Virus record (IMG/VR): IMGVR_UViG_3300014208_000033
Location: 32,001-96,000 of that record
Length of the DNA stretch: 64,000 nt
Source of the DNA: a virus
Strand: one strand, 5' to 3'
Below the pieces are notes generated by a model that did no database searches, was not told the DNA's origin, and saw only the letters and a list, made by a program, of their open reading frames with translations. Below are positions 39,849 through 50,263 of the stretch, piece after piece (within the stretch, counting starts at the first letter, position 1; each line of letters begins with the position of its first letter). A program made the position numbers and the translations under genes.

Positions 39849-42660
39849 TCTCTTTGTCCAAATCGTAATTAGACTTGAGTTTTAGAACAATTTTGTCCAC
39901 GGTCTTAATCAACTTACTATCAGGATGATCCTTCTGTTCACATGACTTAAACTTATCAAGTAGGATCATCCTACGATCAAAGTCAAAGTTAGTGTACTCG
40001 TAGATCATCCTGAGAGTCTTTTCCCTGTCATTCTTCTTATTGATCCTGGTCATTAGCTGCATGAATCTCTTATTCGCCTTAGCAGCTATATCGGTATCGA
40101 GACTGAGCCAAGGAAGTTCTGGAAACAAGAACTTGAAGATACTCATAACCTTTGAGTATATCTCAACATTCCAATACTCATCGAAGGCTAAAGGTTTGGT
40201 CGTAATCTTGTCCTTTGTTTCCAGGTAGTAAGATACTTCCTCGCCTTCCTTCCTGGTTCCACTTCGTTTGAGTAGAACATATTCAAGTATAGAACCGAGT
40301 TCAAAATTTTGTCCTCTAGCTCCCATTCTTTCAACGATGATAGATTGAAGTGGTTGGGACTTATATTCCCGTGCATACTTAGACACCACAACACGCTTTG
40401 TGATATCTCTGATATTATCTTTAGTCCACTTGGTATTGAAAAAGTCATCCTTAACCTTACTTATCCACTTAAAGCAATCTTCTCCTGTTGGGATTTTCGG
40501 AGACGTTAGTAACATCTCCATCATCTTCTTCTGAGTCTGAGCAGCGAGGTTAATCGTTTCACGACGAACGAACTCAAGACCCTTGATATCGATCTTGTTT
40601 TTCGTTTCACCTGATTTCCAAACAAGATTACCAGCATAACGCTTCTTAGAGACTAGAACAATTCGAGAATAGACTTTCTCGAAATCTAGCTTAACTGAAA
40701 TCTTCTTTGGGTCACAATGAAACGCTTCCTGGATCTTCTGATGAATGAACGGATGATACTCAGTCTTTAACCTAGTAGTAAGCTTATCTTCTGGATCAAC
40801 AGAAGGAGCTATTACATAATTTGAGTCCGTGTCGTTATAAATGACTTCATATCCCCCGTCTTTGAACCATTCGGAGGTCCAATGAGTGATTGTTTGACCT
40901 CCGAGACAAATGGAAGGTGGAATACAATAGTGGTAAATTCTTGCTCTGAAGTAACCCATCTGTCCGTAGACAATGTTCCCGAGAAGTTTGAATACATTGA
41001 TCATTATCTCCGTTGAAACGTACTCAGGATCTTTCTCTGATACCTTCTTCTTAATCAACTCTTCCATGTACTTCTTATACTTATTTCTCTCGTTAACGTA
41101 TGTTTCGAGAGCTTTCACAACTATCGATTGCTGATCCTTCCTGAAGAAAATAACCTCAGGAATAGTGACCTTATATGTGTGCATTACGTTGTTCTTCCTA
41201 TTCTCCTTGAAGAAATAGGTTAAGAACGTTTCGTAATGCAAAGTGAAATACTTAGATGCATGCTTATGAACTTTGACCTTGCATGCTTCAACTGCTTCTG
41301 TCTGGTCCTTATTGAAAGTGAAAACAGGAACTTTGATGTAGTCTATCTCTTTGGTATCAATACGGAACTTGATACCAGCAGCGATCAATGCATTGTAGAA
41401 CAACCGCATGATCTTCAAGTTGAGATAGGTGTAAGGACTCAGAATTTTCGGAACGGACTTATCGATCAGAGTAGCGTAGTCCTTCATCGTCAAGATGGTG
41501 TCAGGCCCCATGTTGAAGGTACGCATGATCGAGTTATAGTACCCTGAGAAGTCGAAAGTCTTTATAGGTCCGTAAATCCCAGGTTTCTTTATGAACACTC
41601 TTCCGCCTGGAGGCTTGACGAGGCGCGGTTGAATGTCTTTCTTGCTTGGTAGCCTTATGTGGTTATCCCTGGATAGACGCAAGAGGAAGGAGTCTGTGAG
41701 CTTAGAGTGAGAAGCCTTTGCGATGAAGCATCCACAGATTACAGACTGTTTGATAATCTGATCGGTGATGTGAAGCTTATCGTCAAGCTCCTTCATGAGC
41801 ATACAGTCAGTGAGGTTATACTCTACGAGCTTCTTACGGTCAGTCTGGAATAACTTCCAGATAGCGCCATGACCTCTACCTACACCTTCAGTCTTACCCT
41901 TACCGATGAACTGATTAGAGCATCTATCGAGAGAGAAAGACTCAACTTTGTCTTTGATACCACCAGTTGATACGGCTTCCTTGAACCACTCCATCATATC
42001 AACATGGTTAATGTGCCAAAGAGGAAATTTGATATCATGAACCTTGCAGCGTTCCTTGATGTAATCCCAGTCGAATGACTTTGAGTACCATCCAACTAAC
42101 ATCGTGAACTCAGCAAGTTTCTCTACAGCAGAGCGAAGCATTCGCTTTTCGTCGTCAGAGCAGAAGAAATAGCGATTACCGGAATGGTCGATAACTGAAA
42201 TAGAAAGGATTGGTTCCTTACCGATAGTGATCTCGGGATTAGTGTCCTTAGTCTCGATATCGTAGTAGCCGATGTAGTGCTTGTCAGTTATCTTGATATC
42301 ATGATCGATAACGTATCGATCACAAGAATTCAAATCTGCTTCGTAGGTCTGAATTCCCTTAGCGTTAAACTCCTCAAGTATCTGAGTCTTAGCGTCAAGA
42401 TCATCGTCATCAGGCCAAAGGTTCTTGTTCTCACAGTAGATACGAACGTAGTTACCCTCGTCCTTGAGAGACTGAATCAAATGCCCATCTTTGAAATCGT
42501 TGATGAGATCCTTGTGAGCGGTGTAATCATCCTTGGAGATACAGAAATACCAAGGGAATTGATCGGATGAGATTCGATCTTCGATTATTCGGTTTCCTTG
42601 GAGTCTATAGAGGATGATTGTGTCTTTATAGACTTTTCCGTTGAAGTATTCCCGGTCCAT
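39838..42660 (-). CDS. DNA polymerase family B
   Basis: Exo DIET, FD, YN..D; Pol DFSGYYNS, KLLGNIVYG, YNDTDS, KKRY, KGLE. Confidence 0.92.
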   Translation of the reverse strand: MDREYFNGKVYKDTIILYRLQGNRIIEDRISSDQFPWYFCISKDDYTAHKDLINDFKDGHLIQSLKDEGNYVRIYCENKNLWPDDDDLDAKTQILEEFNAKGIQTYEADLNSCDRYVIDHDIKITDKHYIGYYDIETKDTNPEITIGKEPILSISVIDHSGNRYFFCSDDEKRMLRSAVEKLAEFTMLVGWYSKSFDWDYIKERCKVHDIKFPLWHINHVDMMEWFKEAVSTGGIKDKVESFSLDRCSNQFIGKGKTEGVGRGHGAIWKLFQTDRKKLVEYNLTDCMLMKELDDKLHITDQIIKQSVICGCFIAKASHSKLTDSFLLRLSRDNHIRLPSKKDIQPRLVKPPGGRVFIKKPGIYGPIKTFDFSGYYNSIMRTFNMGPDTILTMKDYATLIDKSVPKILSPYTYLNLKIMRLFYNALIAAGIKFRIDTKEIDYIKVPVFTFNKDQTEAVEACKVKVHKHASKYFTLHYETFLTYFFKENRKNNVMHTYKVTIPEVIFFRKDQQSIVVKALETYVNERNKYKKYMEELIKKKVSEKDPEYVSTEIMINVFKLLGNIVYGQMGYFRARIYHYCIPPSICLGGQTITHWTSEWFKDGGYEVIYNDTDSNYVIAPSVDPEDKLTTRLKTEYHPFIHQKIQEAFHCDPKKISVKLDFEKVYSRIVLVSKKRYAGNLVWKSGETKNKIDIKGLEFVRRETINLAAQTQKKMMEMLLTSPKIPTGEDCFKWISKVKDDFFNTKWTKDNIRDITKRVVVSKYAREYKSQPLQSIIVERMGARGQNFELGSILEYVLLKRSGTRKEGEEVSYYLETKDKITTKPLAFDEYWNVEIYSKVMSIFKFLFPELPWLSLDTDIAAKANKRFMQLMTRINKKNDREKTLRMIYEYTNFDFDRRMILLDKFKSCEQKDHPDSKLIKTVDKIVLKLKSNYDLDKENDT

Positions 42661-43145
42661 TTGATTCCCTCTTCGTTAATTACTGAAAGAGATCCAGCGA
42701 TTATAGTGAAAGAACACTCACCAGCTAAAGACAATGGACAAAGATGTGCTGTATTTTCTGGATGCTTTGCAGGACAACGAACGTCTTTCTTTTGAAAGGG
42801 ACAGAGGAAGAATTTGGTAGCCATTACTTCACGTCACAACTCTTCTTAGCAATTTCGATAGCGTATTTGACATGTCTATAATAAGAACCAATACCGTCTA
42901 ATTTACCTTGTACAAAACACATTTCAGTTTCATCCATTGACTTATTGGTATCTACAAAATGATGATCATACTTATTATTGGTAACAGACCTAACCTTAAA
43001 ATTTCTCTTGAGATATCCGATTGTATCGGAACAAAAGAAATCGATTATCTTGTTAACATCAGACTTCTTAATGTCACGATAAAAAGAAGTAACGGTTGAC
43101 CACTTTCTCTTCTTCATTTGATGCCCCTTTTCAACAGAAAATAAA

Positions 43146-43189
43146 AGAGGGGAGGAAACCCATTTCGTTTATAGGGCTTCCTCCCCTCT
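43146..43189 (-). terminator. Intrinsic terminator
   Basis: AGAGGGGAGGAA...TTCCTCCCCTCT hairpin followed by a T-tract on the minus strand. Confidence 0.7.
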
Positions 43190-43198
43190 ATTTACCTA

Positions 43199-43510
43199 TC
43201 AGTCCTCATCGTCGATAGAGACTTCCTTGCGGGGGCGCCCACGCTTCTTAGGAGCCTCAGGCGCGGCTTCCTCCACGACCTTCTTCGGGCGACCGGGCTT
43301 GCGCTTCACGGGCTCATCCGTATCAGCAACAATCTTCGCCGCTTTCTTAGTAACAGTCTCCTCAACAACGGGGTCACAATCAGCAAGCATCTCCTTAACC
43401 GCAATAGCCTGCTTGCGAAGCTTGCCAGTGAACTTAACCATCTTCTGAGCGACAGTACCCCACTCCTTAGCGGTGTGACCATGGAACGTGAGATTGGGCG
43501 AACGAGACAT
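43199..43510 (-). CDS. AT-hook DNA-binding protein
   Basis: KRKPGRPKK and KKRGRPRK motifs, acidic tail. Confidence 0.75.
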   Translation of the reverse strand: MSRSPNLTFHGHTAKEWGTVAQKMVKFTGKLRKQAIAVKEMLADCDPVVEETVTKKAAKIVADTDEPVKRKPGRPKKVVEEAAPEAPKKRGRPRKEVSIDDED

Positions 43511-43540
43511 TTTCTGTTTCTCCTTTTTGATAAGTGTTAA

Positions 43541-44704
43541 TTACTCAGCGTCGTCATCAGCGGCAGCAGCTTCAGCCTTCTTAGCAGTAAGCTTGTACTT
43601 CAGCTTAAGCTTCTGCACACACTGATACGCTTCCTCAAACCTAGTAACGAATGCAGCAACAGTCTCAACCTCAGTCTCGGTGAGTTCCTTCTTAGCGATA
43701 AGCTCCTTCCCGGAATAATCCCTAAACTCATCCCAACTCTTATTCACAAAACCAAGGGTCCGAGAGACATAGCGGAGGAACTTAGTCTTAGGAGACTTAT
43801 CCTCCTTCTTCTTCATTCCCTTAGCATTCTTGAACTTATCAACGCACTCAGTCAACTGGTCAGCACTAAGCTCTGCAAGCTCAAACTCATTCTTTCGGAT
43901 CTTGTACTTCTCCTGGTCAAGAAACTCCTCGATAAGCGCGGGCTTCTTCAGAGTAACAAGAACCTTCGCGTGACCGCTACCGAAATTCGGACACTCCAGC
44001 AACTTGGGAAGATGCTCACCGAGAGTCTTGGAAACCTGGATATAGAAACGAGCCGACCCGTAACTCATACCAGTGTACTCAGTAACCCAACTGGTGAACT
44101 CCTCGCGGTCCTTCTTGAAATGCCTAGCAGCCTTCTTAAAGATCGAACCCATCTTAACCGAAGTCTTGAGCCACGACTTATTCAGTTCCGAACTAAGGGC
44201 GGCGATTTCCTTAGCAGCCTTGTCGGGTTGGAACTTGCCGTCACTACCGTCATCGTCCTTGTCCGTAATCAGAGTAGCCTTGGTTTTCTTACCGTTGATC
44301 TTAGCGTCAACCTTCTTCGACTTCTTAGCAGGCTTCTCCTCTACAACGTCCTCATCATCGTCATCATCAGAGTCGAGGATATCAGCGGAACCCTCATCAG
44401 AATCCTCAGTCTCCTCGTCCTCAGACTCATCATCAGAATCCTCGTCATCGGATTCCGAATCTTCGGAAAGATCGTCGTCCTCGTCAACCTTAGCGGGCTT
44501 TGCAGGCTTCTTCTCAGCCTTGATAACAACCTTCTCAGCCTTAGCCTTCTTAGCAGGCTTCTCCTCAGGCTCATCCTCATCGCTATCATCGTCATCATCA
44601 GCAGCGGGAGCAGCCTTCTTCTCGGACTTAGCAGGCTTCTCCTCGTCAAGATCCTCAACGTCAAAATCCTCAAGCTCGTCAACATCAACAGTCTTAGTAG
44701 CCAT
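43541..44704 (-). CDS. Acidic disordered N-terminus plus DUF3102/ParB-like HTH protein
   Basis: About 150 aa of D/E/K low complexity, then G..F..W......MSYGSARFYIQV helix-turn-helix. Confidence 0.55.
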   Translation of the reverse strand: MATKTVDVDELEDFDVEDLDEEKPAKSEKKAAPAADDDDDSDEDEPEEKPAKKAKAEKVVIKAEKKPAKPAKVDEDDDLSEDSESDDEDSDDESEDEETEDSDEGSADILDSDDDDDEDVVEEKPAKKSKKVDAKINGKKTKATLITDKDDDGSDGKFQPDKAAKEIAALSSELNKSWLKTSVKMGSIFKKAARHFKKDREEFTSWVTEYTGMSYGSARFYIQVSKTLGEHLPKLLECPNFGSGHAKVLVTLKKPALIEEFLDQEKYKIRKNEFELAELSADQLTECVDKFKNAKGMKKKEDKSPKTKFLRYVSRTLGFVNKSWDEFRDYSGKELIAKKELTETEVETVAAFVTRFEEAYQCVQKLKLKYKLTAKKAEAAAADDDAE

Positions 44705-44740
44705 TCTTGCGTTTACCTTTCTGTGTAACGGTTACTGTCG

Positions 44741-45463
44741 TCACGATATAATACTGCTGTACCCCAAATAATTAAAAGAAATCTTTCGCAATCGCCCTAA
44801 AAAACTTCGGAAGAACGTACCTGTCTCTCCGAACCTCGAAACCAACTCATCGATAGAGCCGAGGATCTCAAGATCCCCAGTCCTCACGATATACTTCACG
44901 ACCTTCTGCTGAGACTTAGTAAGACCAGATGAAATCTTCTGAAGGTGTTTAATGAAATCCTTCAGTAAGATGTTAGTCTGGATCTTCACATCGGCCCCAT
45001 TGTCAGGAACGTTCTTCAGATACTCTTCCTTAGAATTACCAATCCCTTCATTTCCAAGAATGTAACTGTTACCGAGATTATAGTTGTTAAGGCAGTTCAT
45101 TTCCCTTTGCGCCATCTTAGTGTTCTCAGTCCTGATAGCGCGAATCTTCATCCTAAGACCATTGAAGATCCACGCTTGAAGATTCTTAGCGCAATGGAAG
45201 TTCTGCTTCTCCTCGTCATAGCGAGGAAGGATATACATGAAAAGATGCTCACCGAGAATGGAACGGAGGTCATCACGGGTAAGCCCAAGTGAAAGAAACA
45301 AATCAGAGCCGAGAGTGTAACGATGGATGAGATAGTTGATCATTGTGTTACAGTGCTTCAGAAGGAAGCTCTCAGCTTCTTCTTTTTCAGCGGGAGTCTT
45401 AACGCTGTAGTAGTATTCGTAAAGATGTAAAAGTCTAGCACGATAGGCTTTATGATCTTTCAC
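44741..45463 (-). CDS. Sigma-factor-like protein
   Basis: Region-2-like DDL...RYDEEK...WI...R and region-4-like LTKSQQKVV. Confidence 0.5.
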   Translation of the reverse strand: MKDHKAYRARLLHLYEYYYSVKTPAEKEEAESFLLKHCNTMINYLIHRYTLGSDLFLSLGLTRDDLRSILGEHLFMYILPRYDEEKQNFHCAKNLQAWIFNGLRMKIRAIRTENTKMAQREMNCLNNYNLGNSYILGNEGIGNSKEEYLKNVPDNGADVKIQTNILLKDFIKHLQKISSGLTKSQQKVVKYIVRTGDLEILGSIDELVSRFGETGTFFRSFLGRLRKISFNYLGYSSIIS

Positions 45464-47331
45464 TACTTCCCCTTCTTCAAGAACTTTCTCAGTTTCTCAC
45501 ACGTCACGACTCTGTTCAAATCTGATTTCTTCTGAACTGCTTCCATCATGATTTCATCCACCGAGTTATTGGCTACAAGATGGATATAAACTATCTTCCC
45601 GTGTTTCTTGGAATTGGGAGTATAATTCCTCCTGGAACTTTGTTCGTAAAGATCAAACCTGTAAGTTCCATCGTAGTAGATAGCATAACTAGCTTCGCTC
45701 ATGTCAATGCCTTCTCCACCAATCGCAGGGGAGGATAGCATGATCATGGTCTTAGTGTCAAGGGCAAATTTGTCAACGGCTCTGGTGCGCTCCTGGATTG
45801 AATCTTCGCTAGACAGTGAGGCGAAATTCAGATTTTTCTGAACGAGGAGAGCCTTGATCATCTTGAGCGACGGCAAGTAGTAAGTCCATATGATGACTTT
45901 CCTACCTTCCTTAGAAATCTGATCAAGTATGTCGCTCAGAGCCTCAAGCTTAGGATTAGGTTTGATCTCGATGGCTTCCTTGTCACCATTGTAGAGATAA
46001 CCGCCAGTAACCTGAGCCATTTTCTGAAACTTAGTAAGTGCTTGAGTAGTAATTACATTACCCTCAAGCTCAGTGATAAGTTGTTCCATCAACTCGTCAT
46101 GGTGACGACGCTGCTCAGGAACCATATCAACTGACTCAATTGTAATTACTTTCTCAGGCATGTCGTGACAATCTTCAATCATCACGCGATGAGAACGAGC
46201 TTGATACCTCTTCTTAAGATCCTCAAAGTTCTTTACTCCAACGGTCTTAGTGATGAACCCGCATCCAGTAGGTGCTACTTCACAATACTTTCTTTTGTAC
46301 TCACTGAACGTGAAATTGAACACGTTCTTATCAACTATCTTCATCTGTGAGTACAAATCTTCTACCGTCTTAGTTATCGGAGTGCCGGTCATGCAGATTA
46401 CCAAGCCACCACGCTTATGCACGTCATCAGAAATTATCAGAGCAGCTTTAGTTCTCTGTGACTCTGGATTTTTGAATCGGTGAGACTCATCGATGATTAG
46501 AGCATCGGGTTTCATCTCATCGATGATGTAATCAATCATGTCGTTAGTAACGAGTTTCCCGTCAACAGACTTAACCCGAATACTATCGTGATTAATCACA
46601 TAGAACTGAGGCTTACCTCGCTGAGTAACAACATCACCCTCGTTATTTATAACGGAAATATTGTTACGAGCTAAACAAGCAATTCGATGCTTTATAGCGT
46701 TATCAGTAGCGGCTAGGCCAGTCAGGTTAGTGTGCTTATACACGTCCTTAATCCACACTGTTTCCATAATGGACTTAGGACAGATTATCAGCGGCTTCTT
46801 AACCCTACCACTGGCTATCGCATCCTGGAGACAGTTCGCAACAGTGAAGGTCTTTCCAGTCCTCATATCCCAGCAGAGCAGAAGCGAGTCCACTTTGCGA
46901 AGAATGCTGAAACCGATCTTCTGGTGATGCCAAGGTGGAGTCTTGAACTTATAATCAGTTATCTCAATTTCATCAGTCATCTTGAACTGATTGATGATTT
47001 TACTTTGCTCACGAAAGTTCTTTTCTTCCTTGAACCTAGCTGTTACATAATCACGGTACTTTTCTGTAACTTCCCACTTCCAGTTACCGAAGAGTTCTTT
47101 GAGCATGTAAGCGTTGTCAAGGCTAGCCCCAACGTAATACTTACCATCTTTGAATGGAGGAATCTCAAAAGGGTTTACGAGCTTCAATCTACGAAGCTCA
47201 TTGTAGAGTACCTTTCCCCCTGTACTCTCATCAGAAAAGAACTCAACTTCAAAGCGAGTTCTCTTCAAGTCGATTTTAGGCATATGAGAAACCAATCGTG
47301 TAGATTTCTTTATTGAGTGTGATGTTACCAA
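45463..47331 (-). CDS. SNF2-family helicase
   Basis: HQ, DMRTGKT, IIDESH, TGTP, GGEGIDM, QSSRR. Confidence 0.9.
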   Translation of the reverse strand: MVTSHSIKKSTRLVSHMPKIDLKRTRFEVEFFSDESTGGKVLYNELRRLKLVNPFEIPPFKDGKYYVGASLDNAYMLKELFGNWKWEVTEKYRDYVTARFKEEKNFREQSKIINQFKMTDEIEITDYKFKTPPWHHQKIGFSILRKVDSLLLCWDMRTGKTFTVANCLQDAIASGRVKKPLIICPKSIMETVWIKDVYKHTNLTGLAATDNAIKHRIACLARNNISVINNEGDVVTQRGKPQFYVINHDSIRVKSVDGKLVTNDMIDYIIDEMKPDALIIDESHRFKNPESQRTKAALIISDDVHKRGGLVICMTGTPITKTVEDLYSQMKIVDKNVFNFTFSEYKRKYCEVAPTGCGFITKTVGVKNFEDLKKRYQARSHRVMIEDCHDMPEKVITIESVDMVPEQRRHHDELMEQLITELEGNVITTQALTKFQKMAQVTGGYLYNGDKEAIEIKPNPKLEALSDILDQISKEGRKVIIWTYYLPSLKMIKALLVQKNLNFASLSSEDSIQERTRAVDKFALDTKTMIMLSSPAIGGEGIDMSEASYAIYYDGTYRFDLYEQSSRRNYTPNSKKHGKIVYIHLVANNSVDEIMMEAVQKKSDLNRVVTCEKLRKFLKKGK

Positions 47332-48008
47332 AACCAGGAATGTTCATTCCCTTGATCGGGATTATCAACTTATAGTATTCCTTGTTCCTATCACCGATCA
47401 ATATGATAAGGTTTCTTCCATCTGCATAGCATTCATTGAACATACCACTTACAGAAGAAATCTCTTCAAACTTCTTATCGAACAACTTGAAACAGATCAT
47501 TCCGTTCTGGTAGAACTTGAAGATGAATGAAAGGAAATCTATAGTCTGTTGAGTGTAGAACTCTGGTAAGTTCTCTCGAATGTAGTCCTTAACTTCGTCT
47601 AAGTTCACTTAATTACCTTTCTTACAACCTTCTCATTATCTGTTATCTCAAAGACCCAACAGTTATTTTCATTCCACTTGACGAACTTGAAGTAGATTAT
47701 CTTGTTAGCGAGTATCGCTTTCCTGATCCACTTACATTCCGAGTTGCACATGTAGTTGTAGTTATCTATATGTGTCTTTCTACCACTGGCCTTGAATATG
47801 AACACAGTAGCTAGCTTAGTCAGAGGGAGCAGCCATTCATTTTGATAAACGGCTTTCTTCAGTTCAGATCCACAGATCCTAATCTGACACTGTTTCATTT
47901 ACCTCCCAACCCTAGCTGGTGATAAAGTGTAGTTTTCTACACCATTAACAAATTAATGTTAACGTCACCAGCTAGGGGTTTACTTCTCCACGCCGCGCCC
48001 GGCGGAAG

Positions 48009-49070
48009 TTACTTCTTCTTACAAATTAATTCAGACACTATAATATCTAAACTATCAATTTCATACATATCAACAAAAGTTTGATATATGTCATCTATAG
48101 TCTTGAAAATAGTTCTTGCAAAGGTTTTAGCAGGAGTCATGCTAATGAAGATGTATTCAAGAACCCTCTTATCTGGAATGTCAGTAGTTAAAGTTCCGTC
48201 CTTTCTACAAAAGAAAATACTACCTGAAATATTATGCTTTTGAGCACTAACAACGTAGAACTTCATTTTTACTTACCCTTCTTCTTATATGCACAATCAT
48301 ATTCTGAAACTTCAAATACTTCGTAAGTTTTCACCCAAACGGTACGAATACTTTTATCTTTCTCTCCAAGATACTTAGCAAATTTCTTAAGTTCAGTCTT
48401 ATTAGTAAAGATATATTCATCAATATATTTATTATTTATATTCTTTGTAAACTCATCACACATTATATTGAAATGTTTAGTAACAACTCTATTTTTCTTA
48501 GTAACAAATTCAGCACTAACAACGTAGAACTTCATTTTTACTTACCCTTCTTCTTAAGGATACTCTCACTGTCCCACAAATCAGCCCAGTAAGTATCAAT
48601 AAACGTTTCAGTAATATCGTTATCACACTTGCAAATGAGCCTAGCACAACTCTTAGCATCTTTCAGATTAGTGTAAACATAATCGAGAAGGTTCTTATCA
48701 GGAATGTTCTTAGTAAGCTTACCAGAAACCTTATTGTAGAACTTTAGATCCTGATTAGTGTTTTCAGCAGCAACAGTATAAAACCTCATTTTTACTTACC
48801 CTTCTTCTTACGATAAGTAATGCTGCAATCCTTAGGATCAAGAAACGGAACAGTGATCACATAACTATCAACGTACTCATCGAAATGCCTATTTGCACGA
48901 TCAATATCGTCAACAATCCTCTTTGCTTGATCCTTATTGAAGATAATATATTCGCTCAAGTCTTTAATAGACGTAGAAAATTCACCAGCCCCATAACTGA
49001 AGAAATACTCAGTGATCTTACCCTTAGTATTCTTGTCCCGATAACCAACCAAATAAAACTGCTTCTTCAT
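48009..49070 (-). CDS. Four tandem paralogous small genes (48009-48266, 48269-48535, 48538-48789, 48792-49070)
   Basis: Shared M(K/R)..FY.V N-termini and KKK(GK) C-termini. Confidence 0.8.
48243..48810 (-). repeat. Gene-junction direct repeats: 45 bp identical at 48243-48287 and 48512-48556, 25 bp at 48786-48810
   Basis: AGCACTAACAACGTAGAACTTCATTTTTACTTACCCTTCTTCTTA. Confidence 0.9.
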
Positions 49071-49484
49071 TTTCTTACCTCACTTCACAATCAAACTGTG
49101 GGTAGGACTCTTACCCTTCTTAGACTCTTCTGCCAGCTTCTCAGCCTCAGACTTGCTATCCCGGCCAAGCTTATCGATTTCCTTAGTCCATTCATCCTTC
49201 CAAGCAACACTAGCGCGAGGCTGAGAAGTCTTCAACTCAGCGAACCTCTTACCCTGCTCAATCTCTTCAGAATTAAGGAGAGCAGTAAGAACTTCCTTCT
49301 TCTTAGCGTCAAGGTTAGCCTGGAGAGTAGCAAGCCTATCATTCATCGGCTTGCACAGTTCCGCGATATCAGCGTTAATCTTAGAAATCTCAGACTCAGC
49401 ATTGAGGATCTGAACGAGCGTCTTCTGTGCGATCATTTTCTTCCTGTCCTTTCAGTAAGAGTTTATGACCAGAAAAGAACTGTT

Positions 49485-49787
49485 TGGTCCCGGCTCCCGA
49501 ATTCGAATCGGGACGGTTGTTTAGACCGAGGGATTTTCTTACCACTATGATTTTCATCACCGCAAGACTCTTGCGTTTGTGGTCTGGACTATACCTTCAC
49601 CCTAATATTAGGGGCGAGCCGTCTAGTCTCTACACATTCCCATTACTTTACAGTAATGGTTAGCTCGGTGTTACCTCGAATTTTATCAGGGGGTTCACCG
49701 AATTTGACTCGATTCACTCTTAGAATTACTTCTAAGGTGCTCAAAATAAATCAAGTCCCCTGCGTCTACCAATTTCGCCAAGCCGGG
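49485..49787 (-). tRNA. trnL: tRNA-Leu(UAA) split by a group I intron (exons 49753-49787 and 49485-49537)
   Basis: CCCGGCT/AGCCGGG acceptor stem, spliced anticodon arm GGGGA-CTTAAAA-TCCCT, CCA end. Confidence 0.92.
49538..49752 (-). mobile_element. ORF-less group I intron (IC3, trnL-type), 215 nt
   Basis: Inserted at U^AA; P AAATTCGGTGAA, Q AACACCGAGC, R GTAGAGACTAGACGG, S GAAGGTATAGTCC; terminal G. Confidence 0.9.
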
Positions 49788-49792
49788 ATAAA

Positions 49793-50263
49793 TCACTTAA
49801 TTAGCTTACCATTTCTACGATAAACTCTCTTCTCTTTAGGGTAAGAAGGTTGAACTGGTAATCTTTTGGTTTTTCCATACTGAACAGAAGAAGAGTATTT
49901 TCCAGAACAAGAATGAGAACAAAAAGGACCAGCTTTTCCCATCTTAGAATTATGTGTTAAAGAACCTGCTTTTTTGTATGCTTTCTTTTTACACCAAGCA
50001 CAGATTATTTCAATCTTATCTACAGTAACAGCATCTAAAGTAGCATGCTTCTTTCTAGTCATTAACTTTAGATTACTAGATTTGTTATTCTTAAAGTTTT
50101 CATCATCATGATGAACAGTTATATTGAAATCTCTTAGTTCTCTCTTCAATTTCTGTTCCATTAAATACTTAGGATATGAAACAGTTCTTCGTGTTTTATC
50201 ATCATAGATGATAATTACATGTTTTCTTCCGTCTTTTCTAAGATATGGCCCGTATACTTTCAT
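49793..50263 (-). CDS. Free-standing HNH homing endonuclease
   Basis: VHHDDENFKNN..SNL....H motif plus CAWC...FCSHSC zinc finger. Confidence 0.85.
   Translation of the reverse strand: MKVYGPYLRKDGRKHVIIIYDDKTRRTVSYPKYLMEQKLKRELRDFNITVHHDDENFKNNKSSNLKLMTRKKHATLDAVTVDKIEIICAWCKKKAYKKAGSLTHNSKMGKAGPFCSHSCSGKYSSSVQYGKTKRLPVQPSYPKEKRVYRRNGKLIK

Noticed and set aside
43970-44771. Long plus-strand and alternate-frame ORFs (also 9777-11874 minus, 38464-38925, 48885-49550)
   Set aside because: Shadows of biased-codon or GC-rich real genes; low-complexity Ser/Leu translations without RBS
48243-48810. CRISPR array
   Set aside because: Repeats are about 270 bp apart, span stop/RBS/start junctions and flank full ORFs; no cas genes
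49793-50263. HNH encoded inside the group I intron
   Set aside because: The intron boundaries (49538-49752) and the tRNA 5' exon lie entirely downstream of the ORF
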